DNA of 64,000 nucleotides. Origin: Haliotis cracherodii (taxonomy: Eukaryota). A program made the position numbers and the translations under genes. This document shows, piece after piece, positions 1-12,856 of the stretch; the first letter of the stretch is position 1, and each line of letters starts with the position of its first letter. The notes beneath the pieces were generated by a model. The model saw nothing but the letters and a program-made list of their open reading frames with translations, made no database searches and was not told the DNA's origin. The stretch spans positions 71,610,001 through 71,674,000 of the forward strand of contig NW_027266286.1 in the NCBI RefSeq assembly GCF_022045235.1, written 5' to 3'.

Positions 1-13
1 TTCCTTGTAGACT

Positions 14-281
14 GACCCGTGAAGACCCGGGGTAGAATGGGTCTTCAGCAACCCATTCTTGCCATAAAAGGCGACTATGCTTGTCGTAAGAGGCGACTAA
101 CGGGGTCGGGTGGTCAGGCTCGCTGACTTAGTTGATGCATGTCATCGTATCCCAATTGTGTGGACCGATGCTCATGATATCAATCACTGGATATTCTGGT
201 CCAGACTCGATTATTTACAAACCGCCGTCACATAGCTGATACATTGCTGAGTGCGACGTTAAACAACAAACAACAAACAAA
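14..281 (+). mobile_element. SINE family 1 with (CAAA)n tail
   Basis: gacccgtgaagacccggggtagaa...gcgttaaacaacaaac; recurs six or more times in the window. Confidence 0.8.
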
Positions 282-1663
282 CCTCCTGAGTGTACACCTA
301 TCCAAGACGTGAAGTGCTTGTGGAAGAAATATACTTGACAACAACATAGAAGTACGTATATACAAGGAAGTTTCAGCTGTTGTTGTCAAGCGACTTCACC
401 GGTAATCAAAGAGGGCATGCTATAGTATGCTGTTGATTTGGGTAGCTGTGGTAAAACCTCTTTGATTGAGGTTAATGTATAATACAGGCAATAAACTGCC
501 AAGTGTTAATAAAACACAGCGACATATATGGCTTCATGTCCGATGAATAGATACCAATACGTTTAAAGTCATTCGTTGTTTGTTGACATTTAGAAACTAT
601 TGTCATAGCGACTGATTTATGACTACCATTGTCTGCAGTACATTTGACTTCAAGGGCAATTTACCCTGTAGCCATGTCTCCATAACTTAATTGTCATTAC
701 GTTTTAGGCGCTAATCCCCGTTGTTAATCCTCACCAACATTTCATTGTATTTTGACTGTCAGTCAGCCTGGACTACCATATCACTTCCCTTTAACTACTG
801 CTTTTTATAGTATGGCATTTATTGCCCTAATTGATCATCCCATGAACTGTGTTTGTTAATCACGCCCATATGTCCAAAGCAACGTCGTTGTCTCTTTGTC
901 TGTCCATTGTTGTTCATTACTATATATGTGCTACCATTACACAGTTACTACGGTGTTAGTCAGGCTTGGTATTCCGAGTGCTGGCATAGGGACGACCTCG
1001 AGCAGGATATGCTGCTCGTAGGAAACGCCCTGAGGTGAGCTGGAGCTCCGCTCACCTCTTGTACGCCTGAGCTGGAAAGTCTGCTCATTGCTGTGTTTGA
1101 CTATGTGTTGTCAGAGCAGGTATTCCGCTCATTGTGCAATTGTTGTTTATTGTTTACATGTTGTGCATAAAGCGTTCCGGGGACAGTGATGTCGATTTTG
1201 TCCTTTATTCCCCCAAGAGCTAATTCCCCGTCAACACATGCACGTTGACACTATTGTTACTCGTCTGCTGCTATTACTAAGCGTGTTACAGCTGCTACAA
1301 GCATCTCTATACAGCCTGACCAAGCGATCCATGTAGTCGCCTCGTACTTGTAGGTTCTTCCTGGACCTACCGGGTTAGGCCGACCTATCCTACATTACAT
1401 AAGAATTGAATAAATGCGAATAAATAAACTGCAGTACACGGTGTTTGTACATACAGAAAGAGTGCATAGTTTCACTGTACGCGAAGCGTGAATAACGTAA
1501 TGTGTAAGCAATTGCGGCTCGGCCTTTTACACTGCCAACAAGGATATATTAATAGACCTGTTCTGGCGCCTTTAAACAAATATTGAACAAGATATCGCCG
1601 TAAGTGTACCATCCCCGTCAGTTTTGCAGTGCTAATGAACCGCTATGGATGTAATAGACCAGA

Positions 1664-1943
1664 GTGAGTGAGTGAGTTGGGTTTAACGCCGCTTTTAACA
1701 GTATTCCTGTTATATCGCGGCGTGTCAGCTTAATGTGGGAGGAAAGCCCGAAGTGATGCAGGTCTCAGACGTTTACCACTTTGGTGAAACCCACGAGCAC
1801 GGGTACGGTGCTGACAAACCTAGAAACATAATCGGGGCGAATCGGGATTCGAACCCACAATCATAGGTTTCTGGCGTGCCCAAGGGACGCAACTCTGCAC
1901 AGCGAATCGCGGCGCCTTAGACGACTGGGCCACCCGTGCCCCC
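1664..1943 (-). mobile_element. tRNA-derived SINE family 3; other copies at ~4980-5147, 15540-15630, 32525-32700, 36440-36565, 38616-38851, 57598-57763
   Basis: A box TGGCCCAGTCG, B box GGTTCGAATCC, (ACTC)n tail; TSD taat(a/g)gaccaga. Confidence 0.82.
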
Positions 1944-1968
1944 TAATGGACCAGAACGAATAACCACA

Positions 1969-2037
1969 AGTGAGGTGAGGTGAAATTGGGTTTAACGTCG
2001 CGTCCAAGATTATTGCACTTATATAGCGACGTGCATG

Positions 2038-2085
<48 letters not shown>

Positions 2086-2330
2086 TGTGTGTGCTTGTGT
2101 GTGCTTGTGTGTGCTTGTACTTGTCCGGACTGATGCCGATTTATAGTGCTAGCCCACTGAGATACCATGCCGCAGTTTAACAGTATACTGACTCCGAGCC
2201 GACCAGTCCTTGTTTTAGCCCCTTAATGCCGAGCGCCAGACAGGGTAACAACAAGTACCATGTTTTAACGTCTTTTGGTATGCCGGGGATCGAGCGGGCG
2301 GACGCTCTGCCACTAGGCCACGTAGGCGGT
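1969..2330 (-). mobile_element. tRNA-derived SINE family 4 with internal (TG)n; other copies at ~22290-22515, 48040-48340, 56986-57290
   Basis: 12-bp TSD cgaataaccaca; dispersed copies. Confidence 0.8.
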
Positions 2331-2786
2331 CGAATAACCACAGAGACATATGTAGAGTATATCGGTTAGGGAGATGAACATGTCCTGTAACATTGTATAC
2401 CGTGTTTCTGACGAGAAATAAGTTGGTGGGAGAGTTTCAATTTCACGTCGCATCGGCTGTGTTCCAGTCACAATGAGGAATGATCAAAGATATTAAAATA
2501 TCAGTTGTGAACACTCATGTGTATATGGTTTCATGATTTGTTACACAACGACTGTGTTCCAGCTATATTGCGACCTGGAGAATGAGCAATGACACAAAAC
2601 TATAAGCTGTCAAACCAAGTTTTCTCAGTTAAAGTTCTGTTCTCAGAGTCCTGCCTGGTGCCTCACTACCAGCAGAACAACAACACGAAGTATCGCTCAC
2701 TGGGGATTAACTGTTCCCTACCTAGATTTACTTTTGCTGGTAATCAACCTTTGTTTAATCATATCTGATCAAAAACAATACATAAT

Positions 2787-3057
2787 TTGGTTGGTTGGTT
2801 GGTTTGTAGTTTAACGCCGCACTCAGCAATATTCCAGCTATATGACGGCGGTCTGTAATAATCGAGTCTGGACCAGACAATCCAGAGATTGATATCATGA
2901 GCATCGATCCACGCAATTGGGATCGATGACATGCATCAACCAAGTCAGCGAGCCTGACCACCCGATTCCGTTAGTCGCCTTTTACGACAAGCATGGATGC
3001 TTTTTACGGCAAGCATGGTTTGCTGAAGACCTATTCTACCCCGGATCTTCACGGGTC
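2787..3057 (-). mobile_element. SINE family 1
   Basis: 12-bp TSD acaatacataat at 2775-2786 and 3058-3069. Confidence 0.85.
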
Positions 3058-3934
3058 ACAATACATAATACCAGAGAAGCATATGTTCAACATGAGATAC
3101 TGGATCTCTTTATCTGTGAGATTGATGGTGTATTGATGAATCAAATCACATCAAATCGTTTTATTCAATATTCTGGTGAGATATATTAAAATAAATGTAT
3201 ATACATGGTATTTATGTTTTACATGTCTAATACTGCATGTTTAATACTTTTCCCATATTGTGTGTAAAATGCAATAAGATGATATTGGTGGAATATTGCT
3301 AAAAAGCGGCGTAAAACATACTCAGTCACTCACTCACACTTACAGGGCAATTCATGTACTGTTGACATGTACACTTTGCCTAGGCATACATTCATGTAAG
3401 CAAAATGTTTGAACATATTTTCTTAAAGAATGCAGTTGATTATCGACACAAAGCTCCAAAAGTCAGCTTTTCAATTCAGGAGTGAAGATTTCAGTGACAA
3501 CTGTGAATAAACGCGATAAATTCTTTCCATAATCATAAGAAATCTCGGCCAAAAGTAGAGTCCGATAAGCATGTGTTTATGAATCGCTATCTAATAATGA
3601 TGATACCAGGTGTTTACAAATAGATAACCGTTTCCTGCCCCACCGGTGGCACTCGTCACAAACACATGCAAAGGCATGTCAATTGTTTGCCTGAATGATA
3701 CAGGAACATATGATATAAATAGTGAAAATTCATCGATTATCATTTTGTTCACTGATGCGTCAAATTTGGAAATATCCTCCACATTTCGTTTTCAAAGCTT
3801 TACTGAGGCATTGAATGTTGTAACCTTGATCAAACAACTTCTAGGACATATTCATAGCTCAAAAGTTGTGAAAACACCAGGTCTGGAGCTGCTCGACATA
3901 AGGGAAAGTTGACTTTCGGATCTCATCCAAATAC

Positions 3935-4140
3935 CCTGTTCCCCTGCATCACATATGCTGCAGTCAGCAGGGTTTTTTTATCCCACCTTGTATGCTGTGA
4001 ACTCGACCAAAGGTACCAGTATGGCGTTTATGCGCTTGTCTGATTATGAAGCAATACACCCGATGGACATTTCTAGAAAGAACCCTCGCGATTAATTGCT
4101 GCCGATAGCTTCCGAAGGACATCATCCAAAGATGTATCCC
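3935..4140 (-). pseudogene. Orphan 3' fragments of PHYHIP-like paralogs
   Basis: 4071-4140 encodes GDTSLDDVLRKLSAAINREGSF*, like the copy 5 tail; 3935-4026 encodes HTGTFGRVHSIQGGIKK/PADCSICDAG with a frameshift. Confidence 0.7.
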
Positions 4141-4173
4141 TAGCTTGTCTGATTATGAAGCAAAACACTCATT

Positions 4174-4838
4174 CTAAGATGTATCCCCAACACTGCATAT
4201 GCTGCAGCCCACAGTCTTCCTTATCCCACCTTGTGAGCTGTGACCTCGACCAAAGGTACCAGTATGGGAGAGATCTCTGTCTGTCATATTCACGGCCTCT
4301 GTATACATAACCTCCACGTGGACACGAGGACAGTCCTTTGTTCTGTATGTTGAGAATGTCTTTATCAAAAACTTGTTGGAGCACGAATCAAGCTTGAGCA
4401 GGTGCATATTACAGAAACTGTCTGCCTCTGATCCTGAACGTGTCAGGACCAAGGTCACGTAGTGAACACGCGTGCGTGTGATTCTGCGTGGGGACCTGCG
4501 TGGTGGCTTGCAGTAGAAGTCAGCAAAGTAAAGTTTTGCTGAATCATCAAAAACCTCACTCAGTTGCACTTTCACTCTCGTGTCTCCAAAAGGCGACTTA
4601 TCTGGCAGTTGTCCATTCGTAAGTGTCACGTTAAAGAAAAGACCCTTCAGTCTCCCATTTATTGGACAGCGTTGGTCTCCGCCATTGTCCTTTAGATAAG
4701 GTTCCATGATGTTATTGTGGTTCTGCCGAATGTCCACGAAATAGGAGGACGGCTTGTTGCGATAGAGGATAGATACATTATCAAAGCTGCCTCCACTGCA
4801 ATGGTCCTCGGCTTTGCGGAGCAGCTTTTTTAGATATT
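4174..4838 (-). CDS. PHYHIPL: PHYHIP-like C-terminal-domain protein, copy 1 (type A), exon 2; exon 1 at ~5609-5642; ~232 aa
   Basis: AG acceptor at 4839-4840, then (E)YLKKLLRKAEDH..LYRNKPSSYF..KDNGGDQRCPINGRLKGLFF..SPFGDTR..LYFADFYC..HYVTLVL..EVMYTE..CSIC; these motifs match the PHYHIP/PHYHIPL C-terminal domain as I recall it; stop at 4174-4176. Confidence 0.85.
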
Positions 4839-5608
4839 CTGATACAGGAAATTTAAAATGAACACCATGATAACATCCGGTGCAGTACTGAAAATTAGAA
4901 ACTTAAGATGAGATAACGTTTGTAATATCAAAACGTCAACGCCATAGAATAATCAGTCTTGATTCCAAAGAGCCATCCCAATGATGTTTCTAGGTTTGCC
5001 GGCACCATACCCGTGCTCGTGGGTTTCACCGAAGTGGTAAACGTCTGAGACCTGCATCACTCCGGGCTTTCCTACCACATAAAGCTGACACGCCGTGATA
5101 TAACTGGAATACTGTTAAAAGCGGCGTTAAACCGAACTCACTCACTCCACAGGGCGTACAAGGAAAAATAGGGATGACAATGATATGCATGTGTCAGTTG
5201 ATTTGTGACTCCAGGTGGAAGCAGGAAGATAGAGCATAAGAAGTGTGAAACATTCTTTGAAAAGCAATCCGTTCAAGCATCATTATATTTGTATTGTAAA
5301 TTATATTTAATGAAATTTGTTTTGTTTAAAATGTTTAAAAACGATCTGCAAATGCTTTTTGAGTAAAGAATTGTGACCTTGACTTTTGTAGCTATCAGTT
5401 AATTATATTCGCATCCAACCAAGATATTCATTAATACNNNNNNNNNNNNNNNNNNNNNNNNNNNNNNNNNNNNNNNNNNNNNNNNNNNNNNNNNNNNNNN
5501 NNNNNNNNNNNNNNNNNNNNNNNNNNNNNNNNNNNNNNNNNNNNNNNNNNNNNNNNNNNNNNNNNNNNNNNNNNNNNNNNNNNNNNNNNNNNNNNNNNNN
5601 NNNNNNNN

Positions 5609-5642
5609 NTTTCTCGACATTTATACTCCCTCCTTCAGCCAT
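5609..5642 (-). CDS. Exon 1 of copy 1 (MAEGGSINVEK)
   Basis: ATG at 5640-5642; homologous to the complete exon 1 of copy 5; the last base and donor fall in an N gap. Confidence 0.75.
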
Positions 5643-5780
5643 GACAGATAGGATAGTTGTTGTCCTACTGCTTTTCCAAGCTCTTCTTCACAAAGTGACT
5701 TGAGTAGTCATGTTGGATCGATATATACCTCGATACGCTTGTGTGTAAACAAGATCCCTTTGTCCCCTACATCAATGCTG

Positions 5781-5813
5781 ATCCTAGAACTGTTACTTTC
5801 CCTTTCGATTTCG
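5781..5813 (-). promoter_or_regulatory. ISRE/IRF element (CGAAATCGAAAGGGAAAGT) with adjacent degenerate GAS, copy 1 promoter
   Basis: Three GAAA cores spaced by 2 nt at 5795-5813, ~153 bp upstream of the ATG; conserved in copies 3 and 5. Confidence 0.7.
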
Positions 5814-8459
5814 CATTCTAAGTATGTAGTAAGATAACCTTTATGATAATTAGAGGTCATGAAGACCCGATTTTCATTCAAAGTTAAGATACAGCCCCCT
5901 TGTGATTTTATAGACATTACATCTATCACAACTACGCCCCCAGTACGCCATGCTTGTCGTTAGAGCCGACGTATGAGGACTGAGTGCTTACAGGGCTTGG
6001 CTCATTGTATGTACCTAAGGCTAGGGTCGTTGCTCATACTGTCCCCCACTGTTTCCACTAAAGAAGTTCGATACATCTGATCAATCACCTGCATGTGTTT
6101 TACGTTTCTTCCCGTTTATGCAGTCGATGTGCAGTTAATGACTTATCATAGACGTTTCCTTAATATGCAGTATGAAGAAAATCTTGATATTTCACTCTTA
6201 TGAATTGGCCGAAAATCTATGTGTGTCAAATGTTTAAGAAACCAAACGTCATTCAATTCCAACGTTTATGAACTAAAATACATACTTACATGTCTTGCTT
6301 AGGTATAAGTACCCTTCACTGGACTGTTCGTATGAGTGTAATTGTGTTCGAATCCCAGATCACCACAAGATAAGTGAGTGAGTGACTTTGACTTTACACA
6401 TCCTTCGCAATAATTCTGGCAATACCATATGGAGACACCGGAATTAGGATTTTCACGTTTAACACGTGTGGGGTCACTCGGCGTTGTGAATAAATCACCA
6501 GGCTACCCCACGGCCCATAACCAATAAAGATCGTAAATGCATATGAAACATCTTAGCGTGTGGGTACCCAGAACACTACCATTTTAACTCCAGCAGGTAT
6601 GTATCACTTTGGAAAGTTAATTAACCCAATGATAAAATAAAACTCAGGTACACAACAAAAAGCATTAAACTTTGCAACTCCTATACAAAACAATTGACAG
6701 ATACACAAAAGACATGGTCTTTTGTCATAAACTTACTGTTTTCATTTGGTTTCATAAAAGAGTGTGAAATCAAAACACCTCCCTTGTGGGCTTGGTTATA
6801 CACTTATCACAGATGTGAAGTGCCTGTGTAAAAACGTTCATATCTGTTACTGAAGAAATATACTTGACATAGGGGGCAGAGTTACCTTGATACGTGGCGG
6901 GTAGAGTTACCTTGATACGTGGCATTTATCAGAAGAAATCTCTACTGCATTACACACACACGTTTCAGCTCTATCGTTCAAGTGACTGGAGAAACGCTGA
7001 CATAGAGTCCATAACAAAGTTTGCATTTGATTTGGATAGTTGTTGTGGTAGCAAATAATTATGTCATAACATACATGACATTTAAATGAAGCATATAGTT
7101 AACGTGAGAGACTGGCTCTCTTTATCTGTGACATTGATGATATATTGATGAATCAAATCAAATCAACATAGATCACCATTTATTCAATAATTCAAACGAT
7201 TAAAACGATCATTAAGATCAAAACGAATGACAGCAAATAATTATGTCATAACATACATGACATATATGTGAAGCAATTTGTTAACATGAGAGACTGGCTC
7301 CCTTTATCTGTGACATTGGTGCTGTATTGATGAATCAAAACAAATCAAACCAAATCGTTTTATTCAATATTTTGGTGAGACGCAACAATGAGAATGTGCA
7401 ATGTGAGCTTCAAACATCAGAATCAAATAATAAGGTTAACAATGACAATGTCAGAAGTACACTTTGAAGCAAACAATTAATTACGTATACATGTATATGG
7501 AAATAACAATATTTTACATGGTTAATACTTAAGGCACACAAAAAGTAAATAAAAGACAAGAGTGGAATATTGGTAAAAACCAGACACTCAAACATTGAGA
7601 GATGTTAATCATTGCAGTGATACAACATTTACACTTACACTGCAATTCATGAGCCAACTATTCCAGCACACCCCAAACACCATCTTGAGTCTTCATGAGC
7701 GTTCAGCTCGTAAAATCCCNNNNNNNNNNNNNNNNNNNNNNNNNNNNNNNNNNNNNNNNNNNNNNNNNNNNNNNNNNNNNNNNNNNNNNNNNNNNNNNNN
7801 NNNNNNNNNNNNNNNNNNNNNNNNNNNNNNNNNNNNNNNNNNNNNNNNNNNNNNNNNNNNNNNNNNNNNNNNNNNNCTTTACTAACTATTCATCACAAAG
7901 TGTTAATATTTTCTAGCTTTTTAGATATTTTTATCAAAGTTTAAGCATTTGTAATGGGTTTGTGTGACAAAGTGGATATTGGATGTCATTTTCTGCCTCA
8001 TATTTGTTGGTAAAAAGAAGACAGTGACTTGATGATTATATAGATTTTTCATGATTAATTAATTATAAAATGCAAAATGGTTCCTACGTTATTTTTTTCA
8101 CATGAATCAATTTGTCTGGTTTCATTCGTTGTAGGTAAAACAGTATCTTGAAATGATTACAATCCCAGATTTCAGAAATCCACACCAAAATGCATTAAAC
8201 ACAGTACCTTTTTAGACTAATGTTGCCACACATTTATGATCAAATCCATGAGCTTAAAAGCAACTCTACATGTGTATCTCATCTGATTATGTGAAATAAA
8301 ATAATATTGTCTGTACGAAAAAAATATATATACTGTGTGACACATTACTCTAAAGACATGTCATAGTATATACACATTATACTAATACAAACACCTACTC
8401 GGGCGATCTGTCATTGAATCTGCTCAAGATTATTTAATATAGTCCCATCAATCGAGGTA

Positions 8460-9250
8460 TCAATAGTAATCATCAGAATCATAGCTAATACCCATATCAT
8501 CATAATCGTTTGTATATCCAAAAGGATCGTCATAGTCAAAACGAACGTCATCGTCAGAAAGATCGTCATCGTCAAAAAGATCGTCATATTCCACGGGATG
8601 TACATATCTTCTTCCGGGGTCGACTCCGACATTGCAAATCCCACACCCACCAGCTTTTGGTATTCCCCCAACACTTTGCCCTCGTCCATATATCCCTGTA
8701 GAACTGAGGATCCTGTTTGATATGTCTATATCTTCTGTATAGAACACATCAACAAATACTTTGGATTGTTTCAGTGTTGAGTACCCAAAGCTTTGCTTTC
8801 GCAAGTACAAGTTGTTCATGACATTGAGTTTGATCAGGTTCTCTTTACAGAACATATCTGCTTCTGAATCAGCCTTTGTCAGAACCAAGGTAACATAATG
8901 TATTCGGTTGGGTGAAGGTTTGCAAAAGAAATCGGCAAAGTACAAATTTGATGAGCCATGAAACACCTCACTCAGCGGAACTTTAACTCTTGTGTTTCCA
9001 AATGGCGATTTTTCTGGTATAACACCTCCCTGTAGTGTAACCCCAAAAAAGAGTCCGCCAAGTCTGTTATTGATTGGACAGCGTGGATCACCTCCATTGT
9101 CTTTGAGTCTCGGTTTCATGATGCCATTGTACTTATTTTTGATATCCTGAAAGTAGCTGTTGGGTTTATTCCGGTACAGGTAATATACACCTTCAGATAT
9201 GCCACTCTGGCTGTGATCATTAGCTTTATCTAACAGCTTCTGAAGATATT
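8460..9250 (-). CDS. PHYHIPL: PHYHIP-like protein, copy 2 (type B, Asp/Tyr-rich tail), exon 2; ~274 aa with exon 1
   Basis: Acceptor ttttacag|AATAT at 9251-9252; intact domain with CGIC, then an acidic tail; frame matches exon 1. Confidence 0.88.
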
Positions 9251-9510
9251 CTGTAAAATGAATATGTAAATTATGTTTTAGTATAGATATCATGGAAGCC
9301 ATGTTAACATCGACGAAAAGTATTTCAAATTATTGTGACTCTCACAGATGAGAAATTATGTCCCATTCAATACCGACTGCATATCTGTCCGCCGCATTAT
9401 ACAACAGAAATACAAAATATGTCAGACGAGATCGTTTGAGCGATTCCTTTAGCACACAAAATACTATGAAAATACTGTAATAGTCATCTTGGACATAAGT
9501 ATATCCATAC

Positions 9511-9544
9511 CTTTTCCTGCATCTGTGCTTCCTCCTACAGCCAT
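9511..9544 (-). CDS. Exon 1 of copy 2 (MAVGGSTDAGK+G)
   Basis: ATGGCTGTAGGAGGAAGCACAGATGCAGGAAAAG|GTATGG; phase-1 donor joins exon 2 in frame (G|AA = Glu). Confidence 0.8.
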
Positions 9545-9681
9545 GATTGCAATATGGTTGCCGATACCTGTTCTGTGCATATGTTGGCTCTATTAATAGA
9601 AACAGAGTACTGTTGTGCAATAGGCCAGATTCTTTGTATTGAGGTAACTGACATAATGCTCAAGCGTATACAATGACAAGG

Positions 9682-9712
9682 TTCCTTGAATTTCTACTTT
9701 CATTTTCACTTC
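9682..9712 (-). promoter_or_regulatory. GAS (TTCCTTGAA) plus ISRE-like (GAAGTGAAAATGAAAGT) composite, copy 2 promoter
   Basis: GAS at 9682-9690; ISRE-like at 9696-9712, ~152 bp from the ATG, the same position as the type A element. Confidence 0.65.
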
Positions 9713-10389
9713 TATTTTCTGTGAGGTATAAGAAAGGCATTTTAGGTTATAACCAGTGTAATGCTAGATAGGGTATGATTCCCATGCAGGAAGTATCCGA
9801 GGTAGGATCAACACTACTTAGTGGTATGCAAGGAGTATATTATGGTATGCTAGGAGTCGGTTATTGACGTAGAAACCGTTGCATGATGTGCACACGTCAA
9901 ATCAGAGGTAACAAAAAGTCGTATATTTTCACTCATATTTTAACTAACTCACTCATTAGCTGCTTGATCTGAACCAAACGCTGCTTTACTGTTTAAACCG
10001 TTTTATGTAAGGTATCACCTATCTCTCCGATCGGTTTTCTTATCCGACTTCTTTCTATACAAAAGATGCTTTTGACACCATATATAATGGCTGCTTTCGT
10101 TTACGTGGTTCTAGCCAAAGCCACATATTCCCGAGAGCGTGGCTGATATCATATCCCATGTTCCCGAAGCGAATGTCTGGTTCCCTGGATGACCTGACAA
10201 AATGTGTTCATGGCCTAAAAAGCACTTATCGACTCCTTCATTTGTCTCGAAGTCGTAATCGAACATATCAAGTCTCTAATACCTTGAACTACGACGCATG
10301 TTCTTGATTCAGACATGATTCGGTATAGAATAGGTGCAATTGTTAAATCTTTGATAACACATATATCAAATAGACACAATGCTCAAAAC

Positions 10390-11460
10390 ATTATTATTAT
10401 ATTTACTATTTACATATTAGAATAAGAAATGCAGCAAAGAGGTTTTTGGTGATCCTGGCACGTCCGGGCTGGTTAGGCTCAACATCAGCTCAGGGCCCTT
10501 GCCCTACACGTTGCCCAGATAGCGAATGGGACTTCTCCTAGCAAGCGCTGCCTAGTCGAACCCACCCAAAACTTTTCGGAGAATGTGAAGACTCCCCAAC
10601 ACTGGAGCCTTCTGCATTACCCAGGTTGTCAGAAGAGCTGTATTCCTGGTAGCAAACCAGGGCACTCTCCCAATGTCAGTCAACAGATTGGGAGGTACAA
10701 ACCTAAGGCACAGAGAACAATGGGGAGTCTGACAACTTGGCACTTGGGATGCAAGCGTGATATTTCGAAAGCGAGGTCTGCATATTTGCCATGTTTTTCC
10801 TGAATCTTGTTAATTACATTAGTGTCAAAAGGGACAAAAAATTATCAAATAGGACAAGATTAGGTTTTTTGACCTGGATACGTCTGAGGCTGTGTACGGA
10901 CCTATTCTAAAGAATTTTGTATTTATCATTTTCCATGACGCCCTCTACATATTCCGGGTTGTACCATGGATGGACCTCTGTGTCAAAGCCACAAGCATAG
11001 CAAAGACGGTAATAAAATGATCGAGCCACTCCATCACGTCGCTTAAGATACTGTGTTTGTGCCAAAGCTGGGCATCCACTGACATTGTTGTTGACAGTCT
11101 CATTGAATTCATTGCATATTGTACATTTGATATTTACATGTTGATGCCAAATTACATGTTGACGGTTTCGAGTGGAAGTGACTGGCCTTCTGTTTTACTT
11201 TTGAGGCCAGTCGTCTCTATCCAAGCGAAGGACTCCGCAGGGTTGCTGATCTTCTCAACACACTGCATAACAACTCGAAGCAGTGGACCAGCGACACTGA
11301 CATTTACTTCTTCCGACACAAGATGAGAACCAAATTTGTTTCAAATTCGATTTTCCATATGGCCGGCACAACAGCTGTAATGAAAACCTATTCATTGTTA
11401 TTGTTCGTCTTCGACATGTGTAACGTTGGCCTCCTCCCATATTACCCTAACAAACTGTGA
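10390..11460 (-). mobile_element. Decayed RLE-type (R4/Dong-like) non-LTR retrotransposon 3' fragment; duplicate at ~20875-21925
   Basis: Remnants GCPALAQTQYLKR.DGVARSFY, P.LVLFD and VL.LRFVPPNL; (TAA)n tail; homologous to 50500-53470. Confidence 0.7.
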
Positions 11461-12856
11461 TAAACGTCATGCAAGGATGTCTCTGAGAGACGTTTGCAAA
11501 GTGGCATTAAACTAAACTCACTGTTTATATTTCCTTAACACTAACACGTTTAGCTTTTGTGAATATAGACCAACACAACACCGATTAGAGAAGCACTCTG
11601 AACATGCATTATCCCCTTTACATCATATAGTCAGATTAGTGCACCTTCCTTGTTTTCGATAAATTGAGACAACACTACAATACATCAAGATCTAACCTCT
11701 GTCTACCTGGACTAAGCATTCACTTAAATTTGCAATGTACATATTCGTATTCTTATTCTAATGTACAAGCTATCTCTTTTAGATTCTGATGCCCAAATTA
11801 GCTGTATATCCATATCAACACTGTCTCTCCTTTCCCACCAGAGACGTATATCAGGTAGCTGATACTACTGACAAGAGCCTCACATGAGCCTCACATGACA
11901 TGTGCCACGTATACGCAACGTTTCAGGAAGTGGAGCATTCCTGATTGGGCTATTGTTGGTAACCCCATATTAAGGCAGTGAGGTGAGGTGAGATGACACG
12001 CCGCGATAAACTATCATATAGCGACATCTGTGCCTGTGTGTTCCACCATGCACTGCACGGGGCAGGACAAGCCCACACGGGTTATTAATACCCTCTGTCA
12101 CCATTACAAGTTAACCTGAATGAATACAAAAACATACACATGATAAAGCGAGAGTTATTAATACAGTTTGGATTATTTATACACAGAGACCATATTCGAT
12201 TAAATGGTCATTTTATAGTATGTAACCATTGCTAGGGGAAGGTCTCCTGACACCTAGTAGTTGATCAGATGAATTTGCATGAATGTGCCTACCATTAAAA
12301 TGTTGATTGAATTTTCTTTAAATGATTTTCCAGAAACCTAGAGGACATGCTTATGAGCATTTACAATTTTGGTTAAAGGCATTATTCACCTTTTGTTTAG
12401 AACAAATTGTTGACCCATGTGGATTTCCAAAAAGTTAGTTGGACTAATTAATAAAGTAGCTATCGATTTGTTCTTCCAGTACTCAACAAATTAAACAAAA
12501 ATATAGCATCCATCAAGAATTTGGGACTTTTTGGAACTTTTATGAGTTTTAAATCTTAAACTGAAAAATACAGTTGTACAGACTTGCAGTTGTAATCAGC
12601 ATAGTTTCAATTTGCTAAATTCAAGTGTCTCCATTCACTGGGGCGTTCAATGTTTGGTCTCCAGAAGGAAATGCGATTTTATAGGCTATTTACAAGATTA
12701 ATCGAATCACATGAAAGACGAAAGAGTGAGCTATCTGCTCACATCAACTTAGTTAGCTGAAACGCCAAGGATCAAGTATTGGGGAACTATTCAGATCCGG
12801 GATGCCTGAGTTGTTACAATTTGAAAATGAAAAATAATTCATGTACAGATAGCTTT

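Noticed and set aside
954-1236. Possible solo LTR (TG...CA)
   Set aside because: No matching TSD and no second copy in the window
9251-9302. ORF-track N-terminus MASMISILKHNLHIHFT for copies 2 and 4, and the long N-terminus given for copy 5
   Set aside because: Intronic read-through; a conserved acceptor and a proper MAVGG/MAEGG exon 1 exist
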